Part shown: one piece after another, positions 12,466 to 27,169 of the stretch | How positions within the stretch are numbered: position 1 is the stretch's first letter | How the letters are laid out: each line of letters starts with the position of its first letter | Source: Schmidtea polychroa | Taxonomy: Eukaryota | Assembly (NCBI GenBank): GCA_044892525.1 | Contig: CM097885.1 | Span: 47,493,727-47,557,726, forward strand | Reading direction: 5' to 3' | Length of the DNA: 64,000 bases | Program-made: the position numbers and the translations under genes | The notes under the pieces: generated by a model | What the model saw: only the letters and a program-made list of their open reading frames with translations | Database searches by the model: none | What the model was told of the DNA's origin: nothing

Positions 12466-14888
12466 CTTAGAAACTAAAAACTTAGAAAATAATAATTATT
12501 TTAATAAATGATCTTGAAAAATTAAATGACCTTGAAAAGTAAATGACCTTGAAAATTAAATGACCTTGAAAAATTAAATGACCTTGAAAATTAAATGACC
12601 TTGAAAATTAAATGACCTTGAAAATTAAATGACCTTGAAAATTAAATGACCTTGAAAATAAAAAGATTACTTAATTAAAACAAAAAATTAAATTTAAAAA
12701 AAAAATGACCTTGACCTTGATGAGTCATATGACCTTGGGAATGACCTTGATGAGTCATCGTTCTAAAAATATTAGACATCGTTGGGTGAGTCATTGGGTG
12801 AGTCATTCTCTTTGTTAATATTAATGATGATGATACCTTCTATGACTCATTCGAAAGGTCTTGGACTGAGCTTTAAGATGAGGTATCGTCCAATAAATTC
12901 GGATAATGGGAACATTAATTTTTGGGATGAAAAAGAGTAGGGGCCCGCCAGACCACTTAATAATTATATGACCTTGAAAATGATTTTTGGTAAAATGTTA
13001 ATAACTTTGTCAATAATAATGATGATGATACCTTCGAAAGGTCTTGCATTGGGCTTTAAAATAAGTGTTTGATTAATAAAATCTGTTGGCGGGAACATTA
13101 ATTTTTGGGATGAAAAAAAGTAGGGGCCCTCCCGGCCACTTAATAATATTTTGACAAATAATAATAATTTAACTTTGAAAAGATGGTGGTCATCAATTGT
13201 TAATAACTTTGTCAATAATAATGATGATGATACCTTCAATGAATCAATCGAAAGGTCTTGCATTGGGCTTTAAAATGAGCTATCGTTGAATAATTATCGT
13301 TGTCGGGAACTCTGTACATTTAAATTTTAAAATATGACCTTGAAAAAATAAATGACCTTGAAAAAATAAATGACCTTGAAAAAATAAATGACCTTGAAAA
13401 AATAAATGACCTTGAAAAAATAAATGACCTTGAAAAAATAAATGACCTTGAAAAAAATAAATGACCTTGAAAATTAAATGACCTTGAAAATTAAATGACC
13501 TTGAAAATAAAAAGATTACTTAATTAAAACAAAAAATTAAATTAAAAAAAAATGACCTTGACCTTGATGAGTCATATGACCTTGGGAATGACCTTGATGA
13601 GTCATCGTTCTAAAAATATTAGACATCGTTGGGTGAGTCATTGGGTGAGTCATTCTCTTTGTTAATATTAATGATGATGATACCTTCTATGGCTCATTCG
13701 AAAGGTCTTGGACTGAGCTTTAAGATGAGGTATCGTCCAATAAATTCGGATAATGGGAACATTAATTTTTGGGATGAAAAAGAGTAGGGGCCCTCCCGGC
13801 CAATTAATAATATTTTGGAAAATAATAATAATTTAACGTTGAAAAGATGGTGGTCATCAATTGTTAATAACTTTGTCAATAATAATGATGATGATACCTT
13901 CTATGAATCAATCGAAAGGTCTTGCATTGGGCTTTAAAATGAGCTATCGTTGAATAATTATCGTTGTCGGGAACTCTGTACATTTAAATTTTAAAATATG
14001 ACCTTGAAAAAATAAATGACCTTGAAAAAATAAATGACCTTGAAAAAATAAATGACCTTGAAAAAATAAATGACCTTGAAAAAATAAATGACCTTGACCT
14101 TGACCTTGAAAATAATATTTTGAAAAATAAATGACCTTGAAAAATGGTCTCGGTAAAACTTTAATAACTTTGCCGATGTTAATGATGATGATACCTTCTA
14201 TGGCTCAATTGAAAGGTCTTAGACTACGCTTCAAAATAAGCTATCGATTAATAAATTCGGATAATGGCAACATTAATTTTTGGGATGAGAAAAAGTATGT
14301 CCCCGCCCGGCCAATTAATAATATTTTGAATAATAATAATAATTTAACGTTGAAAAGATGGTGGTCATCAAATGTTAATAACATTAAAACTATTAAAGAT
14401 ATATATGATACCTATAGCTCATTCGAAAGGTCTTGGACTGGGCTTTAAGATGAGGTATCGGTCAATAAAATCTGTTGGTGGGAACATTAATTTTTGGGAT
14501 GAAAAAAAGTGTGAGCCCGCCAGATCACTTAATAATATTTTGGAAAATAATAATAATTTAACGTTGAAAAGATGGTGGTCATCAATTGTTAATAACATTA
14601 AAACTATTAAGGATATATATGATACCTATAGCTCATTCGAAAGGTCTTGGACTGAGCTTTAAGATGAGGTATCGTCCAATAAAGTCCGTTGGCGGGAACA
14701 TTAATTTTTGGGATGAAAAAAAGTAGGAGCCCGCCAGATCACTTAATTAAAACAAAAAATTAAATAAAAAAAAAAAATAAATGACCTTGACCTTTTATTT
14801 TTTAAAAAAAAAATTTTTTCCCGGGGGGGGGGGGGGGGTATATGTGATGCGGGGAGCTCCTGATCTGGGGAGCCCCAATCCTACTACT
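7652..14888 (-). repeat. Right arm of ~7 kb inverted repeat
   Basis: Mirror of 1-6982. The differences I can see are homopolymer lengths, one extra 18-bp unit near 14040-14090 and one extra ~214-bp unit (~14533-14746). Confidence 0.97.
12525..14140 (-). repeat. Mirror copy of the TCAAGGTCA (TGACCTTGA) arrays
   Basis: AAATGACCTTGAAAA units at about 12525-12655, 13335-13505 and 13998-14140. Confidence 0.95.
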
Positions 14889-15162
14889 AATGTCTCGCAA
14901 AAAAAGCATGTACTGCTGCTATAATTAGCAGTTATCACATATATAGAGAGCATATATACAAGGATTAACTGAAATATCCTTACCTATTTATATATTATAT
15001 TAGTATCCCAAAGCATCACGTTATTTATATGTCAACTATCTACTATTATAATCAACCAAAACTACCCCCACTCTTATGATAAAGATATTTTTAAGGTATT
15101 TTGGGTATTTTAAAAGTATTTTAAAGGTAATATTAACGTGAATGATGATATTAGTAATAACA

Positions 15163-15271
<109 letters not shown>

Positions 15272-17740
15272 CATTAATAATTGTTCAATACTTATTATAA
15301 TAATATTAAGGATAATAAAAAGAAATAACAAATTAATAATAATGACACGAATAACAGTAATAACAATAATGATAGTAATATTTATAAGATTAATAATAAG
15401 AATGATAATGATGGTAATACCAATAAGAATAATAATGTTAATATTAACTCTAATAATATACTCTATAATAATAATAATATTAATAAATGTAGTAATAAAA
15501 ATGTAGCAATAATAACCAGAACTTTATCTGCGACAATATCAAGTTATTTTAGACTTTTTATTATTTTATTGATATGCACCCATACATCTCTTCGGGCAAC
15601 TGACATATGTCATTAGACAGGATCTCTCCAATTTCCTACTCGATCCCCTAACTTTACCGATCATTAACCACGCACATATTGGCCAAAATATCATGAACCA
15701 CACCTGCCCTATTATCACATGTTCTATACAGCATCAAATTCTCAGTCCAGTCCAATCAAATTGAAGAGGCCAACCAGACTGGGAACCCAATCGTTGACAT
15801 ACCATCCTCAAGCCACCTCCACATACCAGCCCATTTAAAACTAAAGAGACACCCCCATCAGAGCATCATCAGTTGAACATCAGAGCATCACTATCTTAAC
15901 ATCAGGGCATCACCATTTGTTTTTTTTGTCCACCTCACTGGTCTTTGCATTTGGTCTATGGTCCGGACTAAACTTGTCTGTTTTTTTTTCGTTATTTTGT
16001 ATTATCTTTGTTCCTTTATCCCATGTCTAATGAATATCGTTTATTTTTATGAAATTTATATGAAATTACTACCTTTCACCATACCTCGCTACTACCATGT
16101 CTTTCATTACCCTTCACTACTGCCTTTAACCACCATTACTGCCTTAAACCAATACTGTAATTCAATAAACCAGTATATATATCCAAGACATTACCATATC
16201 TTTATATACACTATATCTACTACACCCCAATCAACGAAGGTCCTCAATTGACAGAAATATCAACAGTCAAATTTTATCAAAGCATCAGACATCAATCCAA
16301 TTCACGTTTAACGCTTGAGCCTCGACACAGCGTTCAAAGAATTCCAATGAACAACTTTAAAAACCTCAAGGGTCGAGAGCATCTCCCCTTATGCCTGAGT
16401 GGCCTTTGTAGTAATTATAATAAAATTTGATATTTTTTTAAAGCTACGTCGACAATCTTGATTCACCGATTCAAATAGGAAATAATCTAAGGAATATCAA
16501 TAAATTTATAGTATAGGAACACACAAACTTATCTGTGTAAAAATTTAATGTTCCGAAATTTAACATATTTATTATAGGAGTTGAAAAAGTGGCAGAAAAA
16601 TAATTTAACATACCAACACAAAACACATAATGAAAAATGTATGAAAATTTATTATAACGATTTTTCCCCGAAATTTAACATTTATTAACATATTGTTAAC
16701 ATATTAATATTTTCAAATTATTAAAAATTATAGAGGAAAAAACTTTTGATTCAGAATCGGACAGCTCTACCTTGAGCTACTATGTCTTCGGTAATTACTT
16801 TATTTGTTTATAGTTAAAAATATATTTGACTTATATTATATCGAAATAATTCCAATTAATTTCATAAACTTCATTTTCCGATAAATGGTGAGTCACCTTA
16901 ACTGGTGTGCACACCAATGTATATAATAGGATATGGTAAATTTCGGTATTAGGTGTAAACAGGGCAGATTAGGAGATTCTCGGTGCATGTGCGTGTACAT
17001 AGGAATCAAGAGAGAATCTCTACCCACGGCACACCTCACCAATATAAGGGACAAAAAACCCGAAGAATTATTTTCAAAAAAACATGCATATGGAGAAACA
17101 ACTGAAAGATTGGAGAAACGGCTTCCGTGATCGGCAGTCGACAAGGACCTGGTTGGATACGGAAAAGCTGCCGTCACATTCTACAGGTAACAATCATAAT
17201 TATTAATAACATTAATTTTCACATAATGAGGACTAGGTTAGTAATGGGAATTCTTTTCAATTTTATCCAAATTAATATATTTAAACGACCAATAAACCAT
17301 GCACTGATTTACCTTATTACGGAGATTCATTCAGTTCTTGATCTGCTCAAGAAATTGATGTCAGTAAAATCATAAAAGTAAATTAAGTAATTCCCATGTA
17401 TAAATCTGAACAATTTCACTTTATTTTGCCTTGGCATTCCATGAAAGCATCACTGGTTCATTGGAGCAGATTTTTAATTTTAGGTTCTAAATATTTTCCC
17501 TTACAGAACAGGTTGATTCGAACGTTTATGACTAACGTAAAAAAATTTCAGGAAAAGATTGAATTACATTTACTCCATGGAAGAAAATTCTTTTATACTT
17601 TCTAATCGTAGGAACCATTGAAACTTTGATACTATACTATTACAAAATAATTCCGGCCTCAAACTGAAACAATATTGGATTTGATACACTATTTTATTTG
17701 CTGCCATGATAAGAAAATGAAGATAGCGATGTAATAAATA

Positions 17741-19940
<2,200 letters not shown>

Positions 19941-20749
19941 TAAATACAATTGCTGCGACAAAGATAAATGCTTAAAACTTTATTATTAGAATTATATATT
20001 ATTACTATCATCGTTATTTTGAGTAAAGTTTTCCCTTAACCTTTATTTTTATGAAGGTTTCCTGGTTGTCATTGCCGGGCTTGAACGTGATTTGTAGTAG
20101 TTGGAATCTTCTTCGTAAAATGCTAAACGTTTGCTGATATTAATGTTCTCCATAAATTTTTGTGATCAAGCTATTATAGGAGATGCGGAATGACAGAGAG
20201 ACCACACTACAACAAATGAAGAAATTCCGTAACCAAATGGCGGCACTCAACGAACAAGTCCGGACGATGGAAGAGACGTTGTCTATACCCAAAATTTGAA
20301 GGATGAAGACTTTAATTAACAAAATATCTTCCAATAGATAACAATTAAAAACATTAATAATAATGTGATAATTAATAAACACTGATGTAAAAGAATGTCA
20401 GACCTTAGCATCAAGTATTGCAGAAAAATGCCTTTAACAGTATAACAGTGAATTCGTCAGTGAAAGACAGGAATTTGTCATAGTTTTCGAAATGCGTTTA
20501 TAGCAGTTATTTCAAATCTTACCATATGATATAAAATCTGTAGAAATGTTAATTATTTGATGTTTGCTAACTTTTGCAATCTGTTGAAATGATACAAAAA
20601 TAGCAGACGAAAACAGTATAAATTATCAAGTTTGCAATTTGTTATACACTTAATTATGATGATTGTTTTCCTCATATTTGTACTTGTAAGTTTCTGTTGT
20701 TTTTGTTTTAATTTACAATTAATTGCTTTTATATATTTATATATTTTAG

Positions 20750-21115
20750 ATCAATTTCTCCTCAATTTTCACACATAATTATGAAATTTCGGATTCTGAA
20801 ATTCGAAACCTCCTCATCTTCATCAATCAAGCAGCTTCTCTCGATATATTGCTGAAAAATCCTAATAATACTAATGTAGAAATAGCTGGGAATCCACCAA
20901 ATTCATGTGTTAAAAATTACAAAGTTATAATTACAAAAAACAGTGACATCCCAATTAGAATAGAAACAATTTGTAAAGATGACATATATTTGAATGGGAC
21001 TCGATTTAAATGTATTCCACTGAATGTTTCGACTCTTAAACGAAGCAGAATGAGCAATGATTCATTCATCGATGAAATTTCCCAAGAAAGGCAATGTGGA
21101 GCCATTTTAGAATGA
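20750..21115 (+). CDS. Possible terminal exon of an unidentified host gene
   Basis: Open frame of about 120 codons starting right after an acceptor-like TATTTTAG and ending at TGA; no recognisable motif. Confidence 0.3.
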   Translation: MNFSSIFTHNYEISDSEIRNLLIFINQAASLDILLKNPNNTNVEIAGNPPNSCVKNYKVIITKNSDIPIRIETICKDDIYLNGTRFKCIPLNVSTLKRSRMSNDSFIDEISQERQCGAILE

Positions 21116-21268
21116 TTTTTTCAATATAAAGTTGATTAATTTGTTATATTTACACATTCTTTCAACTCAAAAATGTAATTAAGCAAAAATATTTTATATC
21201 CAAATGAAAATAACTAAATTTTTAAAATGCTATTAATTAATTAAATACCTCGCTTTAGCATCTTAATA

Positions 21269-21340
<72 letters not shown>

Positions 21341-21756
21341 TTCGGCTGCATATAATAAAATATTTCTTAAAAATATCCTGCATTTTTTATTTTCAATATA
21401 TTTATCATTTTACTACTAATCCAATTGTAATTTTTGAAGATAAAAAATATAATTTAATTATAAAAATTTAATAAATAAAGCAAAATGTTGGCTACCACGC
21501 TTTACTAATAATAAAAATTTATCTTTTCTAATAACTGATTGTAAAAAAAGTTATTTATTAATTAAATCAATCTTCTTTATTATAAATTATTTATAAAAAA
21601 TAAATTTCCACAATTAATAAAATGTGGTCACTAAGGTCAAAAATTTATTAATAAAATATAACAATAGCATAATAAATATGCTAGGCCAAATACAGTAGAC
21701 AAGCTACTGTATGGAGAGTTGAATTTGCTTGTGTGCCATTTTATGGATGCGGGCAC

Positions 21757-22050
21757 TGTGAGGAGTTAAAATTAAAATACTAAATTAAATTAGTTCATGA
21801 TTAAAATTTGTAAAATTTTAATTGAAACTTAAATTATTTTAAGATAATAAAATTGAAATGATAATTGAAATTTTAAAATAAAATAATTTTTAATAAAATT
21901 GAAATTCAAGTATGAATGCGATGGTATGTTGATATTTGGTTGAAATTAAAATTTAGAAAATGTCAGATTTAATGAAATATAATTTTTGGATTTAATAGTC
22001 TTAGTAATTTATTTTGATGACAGAAGAATTAAATGTTATAGCTTCTAACA
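21757..22050 (+). repeat. 5' LTR (294 bp)
   Basis: TGTGAGGAGTT...GCTTCTAACA; direct repeat of 26477-26794 lacking a 24-bp segment. Confidence 0.95.
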
Positions 22051-23135
22051 TGGCGACCATTTCAACGGATCTGCTTATTGGAAGATTACTTCCAGAAAAA
22101 TTCCACAGAGGAGATGACCTCGAATTATTTATCAAAGAATGTCAGAGGTTCTTTGAAATAACGAAGACACCAGTGAAGACCCAAATGGTACTAGTTATTA
22201 CACTTCTGGACAGAACTTTGATTGAAGAATATGAAACCGCAGAAGGTAAAACCGTTGAACAGAAATTAAGAGCAGCTTTTCATCGACCAACGTCATTGAT
22301 TGATGACTTAAGAGAAGCCTTGAACTACGAGCAAGGTAACGAATCAGCGGAAATATTTATAGAGAAAATATCAAAAATGACTAAAAAATTGGCCTCACAC
22401 ACTTGGAATGAGGAAGAAATTCAGAAATGTTTATTGACACATTGTGTAAAAGATAAAGAAGTCAGGAAAGAAATCGAAATGAAAGATCTCAAAACGGCGG
22501 AACAAATTAAAGAAACTATAAAGAAGATAGAAAAAGTTAACAAGGTTATTGAACAAGTAAACACGGTGAGATCAATACGACCTACAACTGGAGGAAGAAC
22601 TTATAGAGATGTAGTACAAGTTGGAGCCACGAAGAGAAAAATCAACGAATGGAAACCAGAGACAAGAATTAAAGTGATAGAATGCTGGAAGTGTCAAAAA
22701 CCGGGACACAGTAGCAGAGAATGTAATATAAAAAGAAGATTTCAATGTTATGCATGTGGTGTTGAAGGTCACATACGAAGAGAATGCTCAACAATCAAAT
22801 GTCATAGATGCAATGCACGAGGACACAAAGAAAGAGAGTGCTACACAAATATGGAAAGACGAAATCAAGGAAGAGATCGAGACCAAAGGAAGATGTCAGG
22901 AGGTAGAATTCAAAGAAATACCTATCAACAAAGGGAAGATATGTATCAATCAAGGAACGTACATCAAAGACAATGGGGAAACCAACAATATAACAGAAAA
23001 GATATTGCAGCTATCGAGTCTGATGATGAGATGATGAATACAAAACAGTCAAGCCAGCCAGACGAGTATAACAGGGAGAATGACCCAAACGAGCACGCTC
23101 CGTCAAACGGGACATTGATCGGAGCAATTTACTAA
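22050..23135 (+). CDS. gag: Gag with three CCHC zinc knuckles
   Basis: CWKCQKPGHSSREC, CYACGVEGHIRREC and CHRCNARGHKEREC. The likely ATG is at the LTR/PBS junction (22050); the ORF track starts at 22014, inside the LTR. Confidence 0.93.
   Translation: MATISTDLLIGRLLPEKFHRGDDLELFIKECQRFFEITKTPVKTQMVLVITLLDRTLIEEYETAEGKTVEQKLRAAFHRPTSLIDDLREALNYEQGNESAEIFIEKISKMTKKLASHTWNEEEIQKCLLTHCVKDKEVRKEIEMKDLKTAEQIKETIKKIEKVNKVIEQVNTVRSIRPTTGGRTYRDVVQVGATKRKINEWKPETRIKVIECWKCQKPGHSSRECNIKRRFQCYACGVEGHIRRECSTIKCHRCNARGHKERECYTNMERRNQGRDRDQRKMSGGRIQRNTYQQREDMYQSRNVHQRQWGNQQYNRKDIAAIESDDEMMNTKQSSQPDEYNRENDPNEHAPSNGTLIGAIY
23084..23125 (+). promoter_or_regulatory. Putative -1 programmed ribosomal frameshift signal
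   Basis: Slippery heptamer C CCA AAC in the gag frame, 6-nt spacer, then stem GCTCCG-TCAA...TTGA-T-CGGAGC. The pol (-1) frame opens immediately after the TGA at 23081-23083. Confidence 0.75.
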
Positions 23136-23158
23136 GTAAGATTGATTTCAACCAAAGA

Positions 23159-26100
23159 ATGAATGCTAACGGTATGTGTAATTTAAGTATGTATGATGAT
23201 TGTATGATTGATAAAGATTGTAGTGTTTTTGAACGTGATATTAATAATAATAGTAGTGTAGAAATCAAAAAGTCGAATGATAAGGAAATTCAGAAAAAAT
23301 TTAAAGAGGAGTGTAAAGCAAATGAATTAGTAAAACACGAGGAAAGAACTATAGAGAAAATTTACAAATTCCTCAAGAAAAATGGAGACGTGTGTATTAA
23401 TGAAATTGTAGAAGATACTAGAGAGCAGAATATTTTGTCAGTAGAAGAACAAAAAAGTCCAGTAATAACATATAATATAATGCAAGGTAGACCGAGTACA
23501 ACACTGGATATCCAGGGGCGGAAAGTAGATTGTTTATTGGATACAGGAGCGCGAATTAATGTGATGGCTAAATCTGTAATTGATAGATTAGAAAATATCG
23601 AAATATTAGAAACAAGGGAATCACTAAGATGTGCAAACAACAGTAGATTAGAAACTATGGGTAAAATAAACATCAATGTAAAAATGGGCAGTATTGAAAG
23701 AAATGTAACATTCATTATAGTAAAGAATTTAATACCAGAAATTATTGGAGGAGTAGAACTACAAAGGATATTTGGTATAGAATTGAAATGTATACTAGAA
23801 GAACATGAAAAACGTAGTGATTTCATTTGCGAAATAGAAGCTAGATTTGGGCGGATTATAACAGATGAAGAAAGATTACGTCATGCCATCGACGTTTTAA
23901 AGGTTACCGGAAATAAGAGACTGTTAGAAATATTTCAGGCAAACAAGAATGTTTATATGGCAGATAAATGGGACATTGGGTGTACCAATCTGATAAAACA
24001 TAAGATCATCACGAAAGGAGAGCCAATAATGATTAAACCGAGACGTCAGCCAATAAATTTGGAAGACAAGATTGAGGAAGCAATAAAAAATCTAGAAAAC
24101 AACGGAATAATTAGGAAGTGTAATTCACCGTGGAACTCACCTTTAGTTTGTGTATGGAAGAAAGAGAAAAAAGACATCAGGCTTTGTCTAGACTTCAGAC
24201 AATTAAACAAGATAACAGAAAGACAAGCATTTCCAATGCCAAATGTAGATGAAATTTTAGACATCCTACACGGATCCAGATATTTTAGCTCAATCGACTT
24301 GGGAAATGCTTATTACCAAGTGAAGTTAGATAAAGAATCTCAAGAGAAAACAGCATTCTCAACAAAAGAAGGACAGTTCTGTTTTAACAGGATGCCGTTC
24401 GGTATTGCAGCGGCACCAGGAACATTTCAAGAATTAATGACGAAAGTATTGAAAGATTTGTGGAAAGATGGAGTGATGGTATATTTAGACGACATCCTAA
24501 TATTCACAAAGACAGAAGAAGACCATTATAACATATTTGGAAAAGTCCTAGGGAAGATCGCAACAGCAGGACTAAGATTGAACCCCGAAAAATGTCAAAT
24601 ATTTAGAAAAGAAGTGAAGTTTCTGGGACACATTATAAATAAAGACGGCATACAAACAGATAATACTAAGATAAAAGCAATACAATCATTTCAAAAGCTA
24701 AAATGTGTAAAGAATCTGAGGAGCTTTCTGGGTATCTGTAACTATTATCGACGGTTCATAAAAGACTATGCAAAGAAGGCAAGAGCACTAGAAAGCATAT
24801 GCGGAAAAAACAATGAGAAAATAAGATGGACAGAGATGTGTGAAAAGGCTTTCGGGGAAATGAAAGAAGCATTGATAACCGCCCCAGTATTGGTATTTCC
24901 AGATTTCAGAAAAGAATTTATATTAGACACAGACGCGAGCTTCGATACTATTGGAGCAGTTCTTTCGGAAAAGGATGAAAAAGGACATGAACATGTTATT
25001 GCATATGGTTCACATGCGATGAGCAGCCACGAAAAAGGATACTGCATTACCAGAAAAGAATTATTGGCAATATACTATTTTTGTAAACATTTCAACCATT
25101 ACTTATATGGTAAGAGATTCGTACTGAGAACGGACCATAAAGCTATTACGTTTATGGTAACAACAAAGAAACCAATAACTGCTCAATTCCAGACATGGAT
25201 CAACTATTTAAGCAGCCTGGATATTAAAATGGAATACAGGAAAGGAACAAGCCATACAAACGCGGATATGCTATCCAGGAAAACATGCGGAACATGTGTA
25301 CAGTGTATGATGGAACACGAAGACCCAAAAACCGGCAAAATTAAAACCAGAATATTAACAGTAACAGCAGAAGGCGGATATAACAAGTGGCAAAATGACA
25401 ATATGGAGGTCCAAGAAATAAAGAATAAGTTAGAAAATAAAGATTGTAAGTTCATAATGGAAAACAACACGGTACTAACTAAGCAAGGTAAAATATGGAT
25501 ACCGTCAGATAATAGACAGAGGATGATAAAAGAAGTACACGTATTGCTGTGCCATGCAGGTGCACAGAAAGTAACGAAATATATCCAGAATAACTGCGAC
25601 ATCGAAAATTTAGCAACGGAAGTAAAAAAGGTAATTGAGAACTGCGAAAGATGTCAGAAAATGAAAACGATAAAAACCAAGACAAAGGAGGAAACTCAAA
25701 CAATAAAGAGTACAGAACCATTCGAGAAGATATATATGGATATATGTGGGCCATTGAAAGAAACGTTCAACAAAAAGAAATATATTTGCGGAATCATTGA
25801 CCACTATAGTAAATACATCTCATTAACGGCCATAAACAAGCAAGACGAAAAAACAATTAGTGAGACGTTATTAAATAAATGGATATTAAAGTTTGGAGCT
25901 CCAAAAGAACTTCATGTAGATTGTGGGAAGAACTTTGAAGCAAGAAGTATAAAAGAACTAGCAAAGGCAGCTGGCATTGAATTAATTTTCTCAAGCCCAT
26001 ATCACCATAACACGAATGGTATTATTGAAAGACAATTCAGAACAATCAGAGAGTATATTAACGCGTCATTGAATGAAGGAGGAAGGAAAAACTGGGCTGA

Positions 26101-26500
26101 TATAGTGCCAGAAATAGAATATACTTTAAATGCAACAGTTCAAAAAACAACGGGAGTAAGCCCAGCAGAGATTATATTTGGGAGGAAAATCGACAGAATG
26201 AAATGGTACTCGAATAAAGAAATAAATAGAGAAGATATGGAAAAGAGAATAGAGGATAAAACACTAAAACCAAAAATAAGCAAAACAGTGAGAGATTTTG
26301 AAATGGAAGATTTGGTTTTGATCAAACAAGAAATTCGAAATAAAGACGATGCAAGGTGGGAAGGGCCGTACAAAGTGATAAAGAAAATACATGAACGGAG
26401 CTACTTACTTAAAGATCAAAATGGGAAGATGGTAGTCAGAAATGTTGAGAAGATCAAACATTTTAAAAAAGGGGGATGTGAGGAGTTAAAATTAAAATAA
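23159..26500 (+). CDS. pol: Pol polyprotein (aspartic protease, RT, RNase H, integrase)
   Basis: LLDTGA, CLDFRQLN, MPFG, YLDD, DTDAS, TDH, H..H..C..C zinc-binding region and DDE core. The frame is open from 23084. Confidence 0.97.
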   Translation: MNANGMCNLSMYDDCMIDKDCSVFERDINNNSSVEIKKSNDKEIQKKFKEECKANELVKHEERTIEKIYKFLKKNGDVCINEIVEDTREQNILSVEEQKSPVITYNIMQGRPSTTLDIQGRKVDCLLDTGARINVMAKSVIDRLENIEILETRESLRCANNSRLETMGKININVKMGSIERNVTFIIVKNLIPEIIGGVELQRIFGIELKCILEEHEKRSDFICEIEARFGRIITDEERLRHAIDVLKVTGNKRLLEIFQANKNVYMADKWDIGCTNLIKHKIITKGEPIMIKPRRQPINLEDKIEEAIKNLENNGIIRKCNSPWNSPLVCVWKKEKKDIRLCLDFRQLNKITERQAFPMPNVDEILDILHGSRYFSSIDLGNAYYQVKLDKESQEKTAFSTKEGQFCFNRMPFGIAAAPGTFQELMTKVLKDLWKDGVMVYLDDILIFTKTEEDHYNIFGKVLGKIATAGLRLNPEKCQIFRKEVKFLGHIINKDGIQTDNTKIKAIQSFQKLKCVKNLRSFLGICNYYRRFIKDYAKKARALESICGKNNEKIRWTEMCEKAFGEMKEALITAPVLVFPDFRKEFILDTDASFDTIGAVLSEKDEKGHEHVIAYGSHAMSSHEKGYCITRKELLAIYYFCKHFNHYLYGKRFVLRTDHKAITFMVTTKKPITAQFQTWINYLSSLDIKMEYRKGTSHTNADMLSRKTCGTCVQCMMEHEDPKTGKIKTRILTVTAEGGYNKWQNDNMEVQEIKNKLENKDCKFIMENNTVLTKQGKIWIPSDNRQRMIKEVHVLLCHAGAQKVTKYIQNNCDIENLATEVKKVIENCERCQKMKTIKTKTKEETQTIKSTEPFEKIYMDICGPLKETFNKKKYICGIIDHYSKYISLTAINKQDEKTISETLLNKWILKFGAPKELHVDCGKNFEARSIKELAKAAGIELIFSSPYHHNTNGIIERQFRTIREYINASLNEGGRKNWADIVPEIEYTLNATVQKTTGVSPAEIIFGRKIDRMKWYSNKEINREDMEKRIEDKTLKPKISKTVRDFEMEDLVLIKQEIRNKDDARWEGPYKVIKKIHERSYLLKDQNGKMVVRNVEKIKHFKKGGCEELKLK

Positions 26501-26794
26501 TAAATTAAATTAGTTCATGATTAAAATTTGTAAAATTTTAATTGAAACTTAAATTATTTTAAGATATTAAAATTGAAATGATAATTGAAATTTTAAAATA
26601 AAATAATTTTTAATAAAATTGAAATTCAAGTATGAATGCGATGGTATGTTGATATTTGGTTGAAATTAAAATTTAGAAAATGTCCCAAGAATATTTGTTT
26701 ATATAATCAGATTTAATGAAATATAATTTTTGGATTTAATAGTCTTAGTAATTTATTTTGATGACAGAAGAATTAAATGTTATAGCTTCTAACA
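26477..26794 (+). repeat. 3' LTR (318 bp)
   Basis: Direct repeat of the 5' LTR; I see two substitutions and one 24-bp indel. Confidence 0.95.
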
Positions 26795-27169
26795 GGCACA
26801 ATCATCCAATACCACCACCATGCTGCCGAGAGTGGGGCAAGAGGTGCAAATACCCAGGAACCCGGGTTCGATTTTTGTATTTAAATATAATATTACTGAC
26901 ACTTAAGTTGACTTAACTACAATCAGTTTAAAGTTCAGGCATCTGAATTCTATCAGAATAAATTGAACGAACATCAACAAATAGTTAGATTAACATTGGT
27001 ATCAATATTCAAAAATAAACTTTTTTTTAATGCTGGAATTAAAAACTGTTATATTTACTGAGCATGATTACTGAAACTGATACCACGCGTATCATTTGTG
27101 TACTATAGAACACACCCACGGGCCACAAGTCACTACGTCAAATAAAACGTCATCTGCTATTTTATGCGT

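Larger units (their letters stand above)
1..14888. mobile_element. Giant palindromic non-autonomous Polinton-type element; left terminus lies about 26 bp before the window start
   Basis: 1-6982 is the reverse complement of 7652-14862. Mirrored ORF coordinates sum to 14634 between 1371 and 6982. The right end reads ...GATCTGGGGAGCCCCAATCCTACTACT (i.e. a 5'-AGTAGTAGG terminus) and resembles the right end of the TSD-flanked element at 17741-19940. No recognisable intact gene. Confidence 0.8.
21757..26794 (+). mobile_element. Full-length Ty3/Gypsy LTR retrotransposon
   Basis: TG...CA LTRs, 5-bp TSD GGCAC (21752-21756, 26795-26799), PBS TGGCGACC at 22051, PPT AAAAAAGGGGGA at 26465-26476, and domain order PR-RT-RH-IN. 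Confidence 0.97.

Noticed and set aside
15560..17620. Possible LINE 3' remnant and host exons
   Set aside because: Only faint resemblance; no diagnostic motif or consistent exon chain could be established.
23362..26373. Antisense ORFs within Gypsy pol, and similar antisense ORFs over the hAT and Polinton genes
   Set aside because: Shadow frames of long coding sequences with no independent support.
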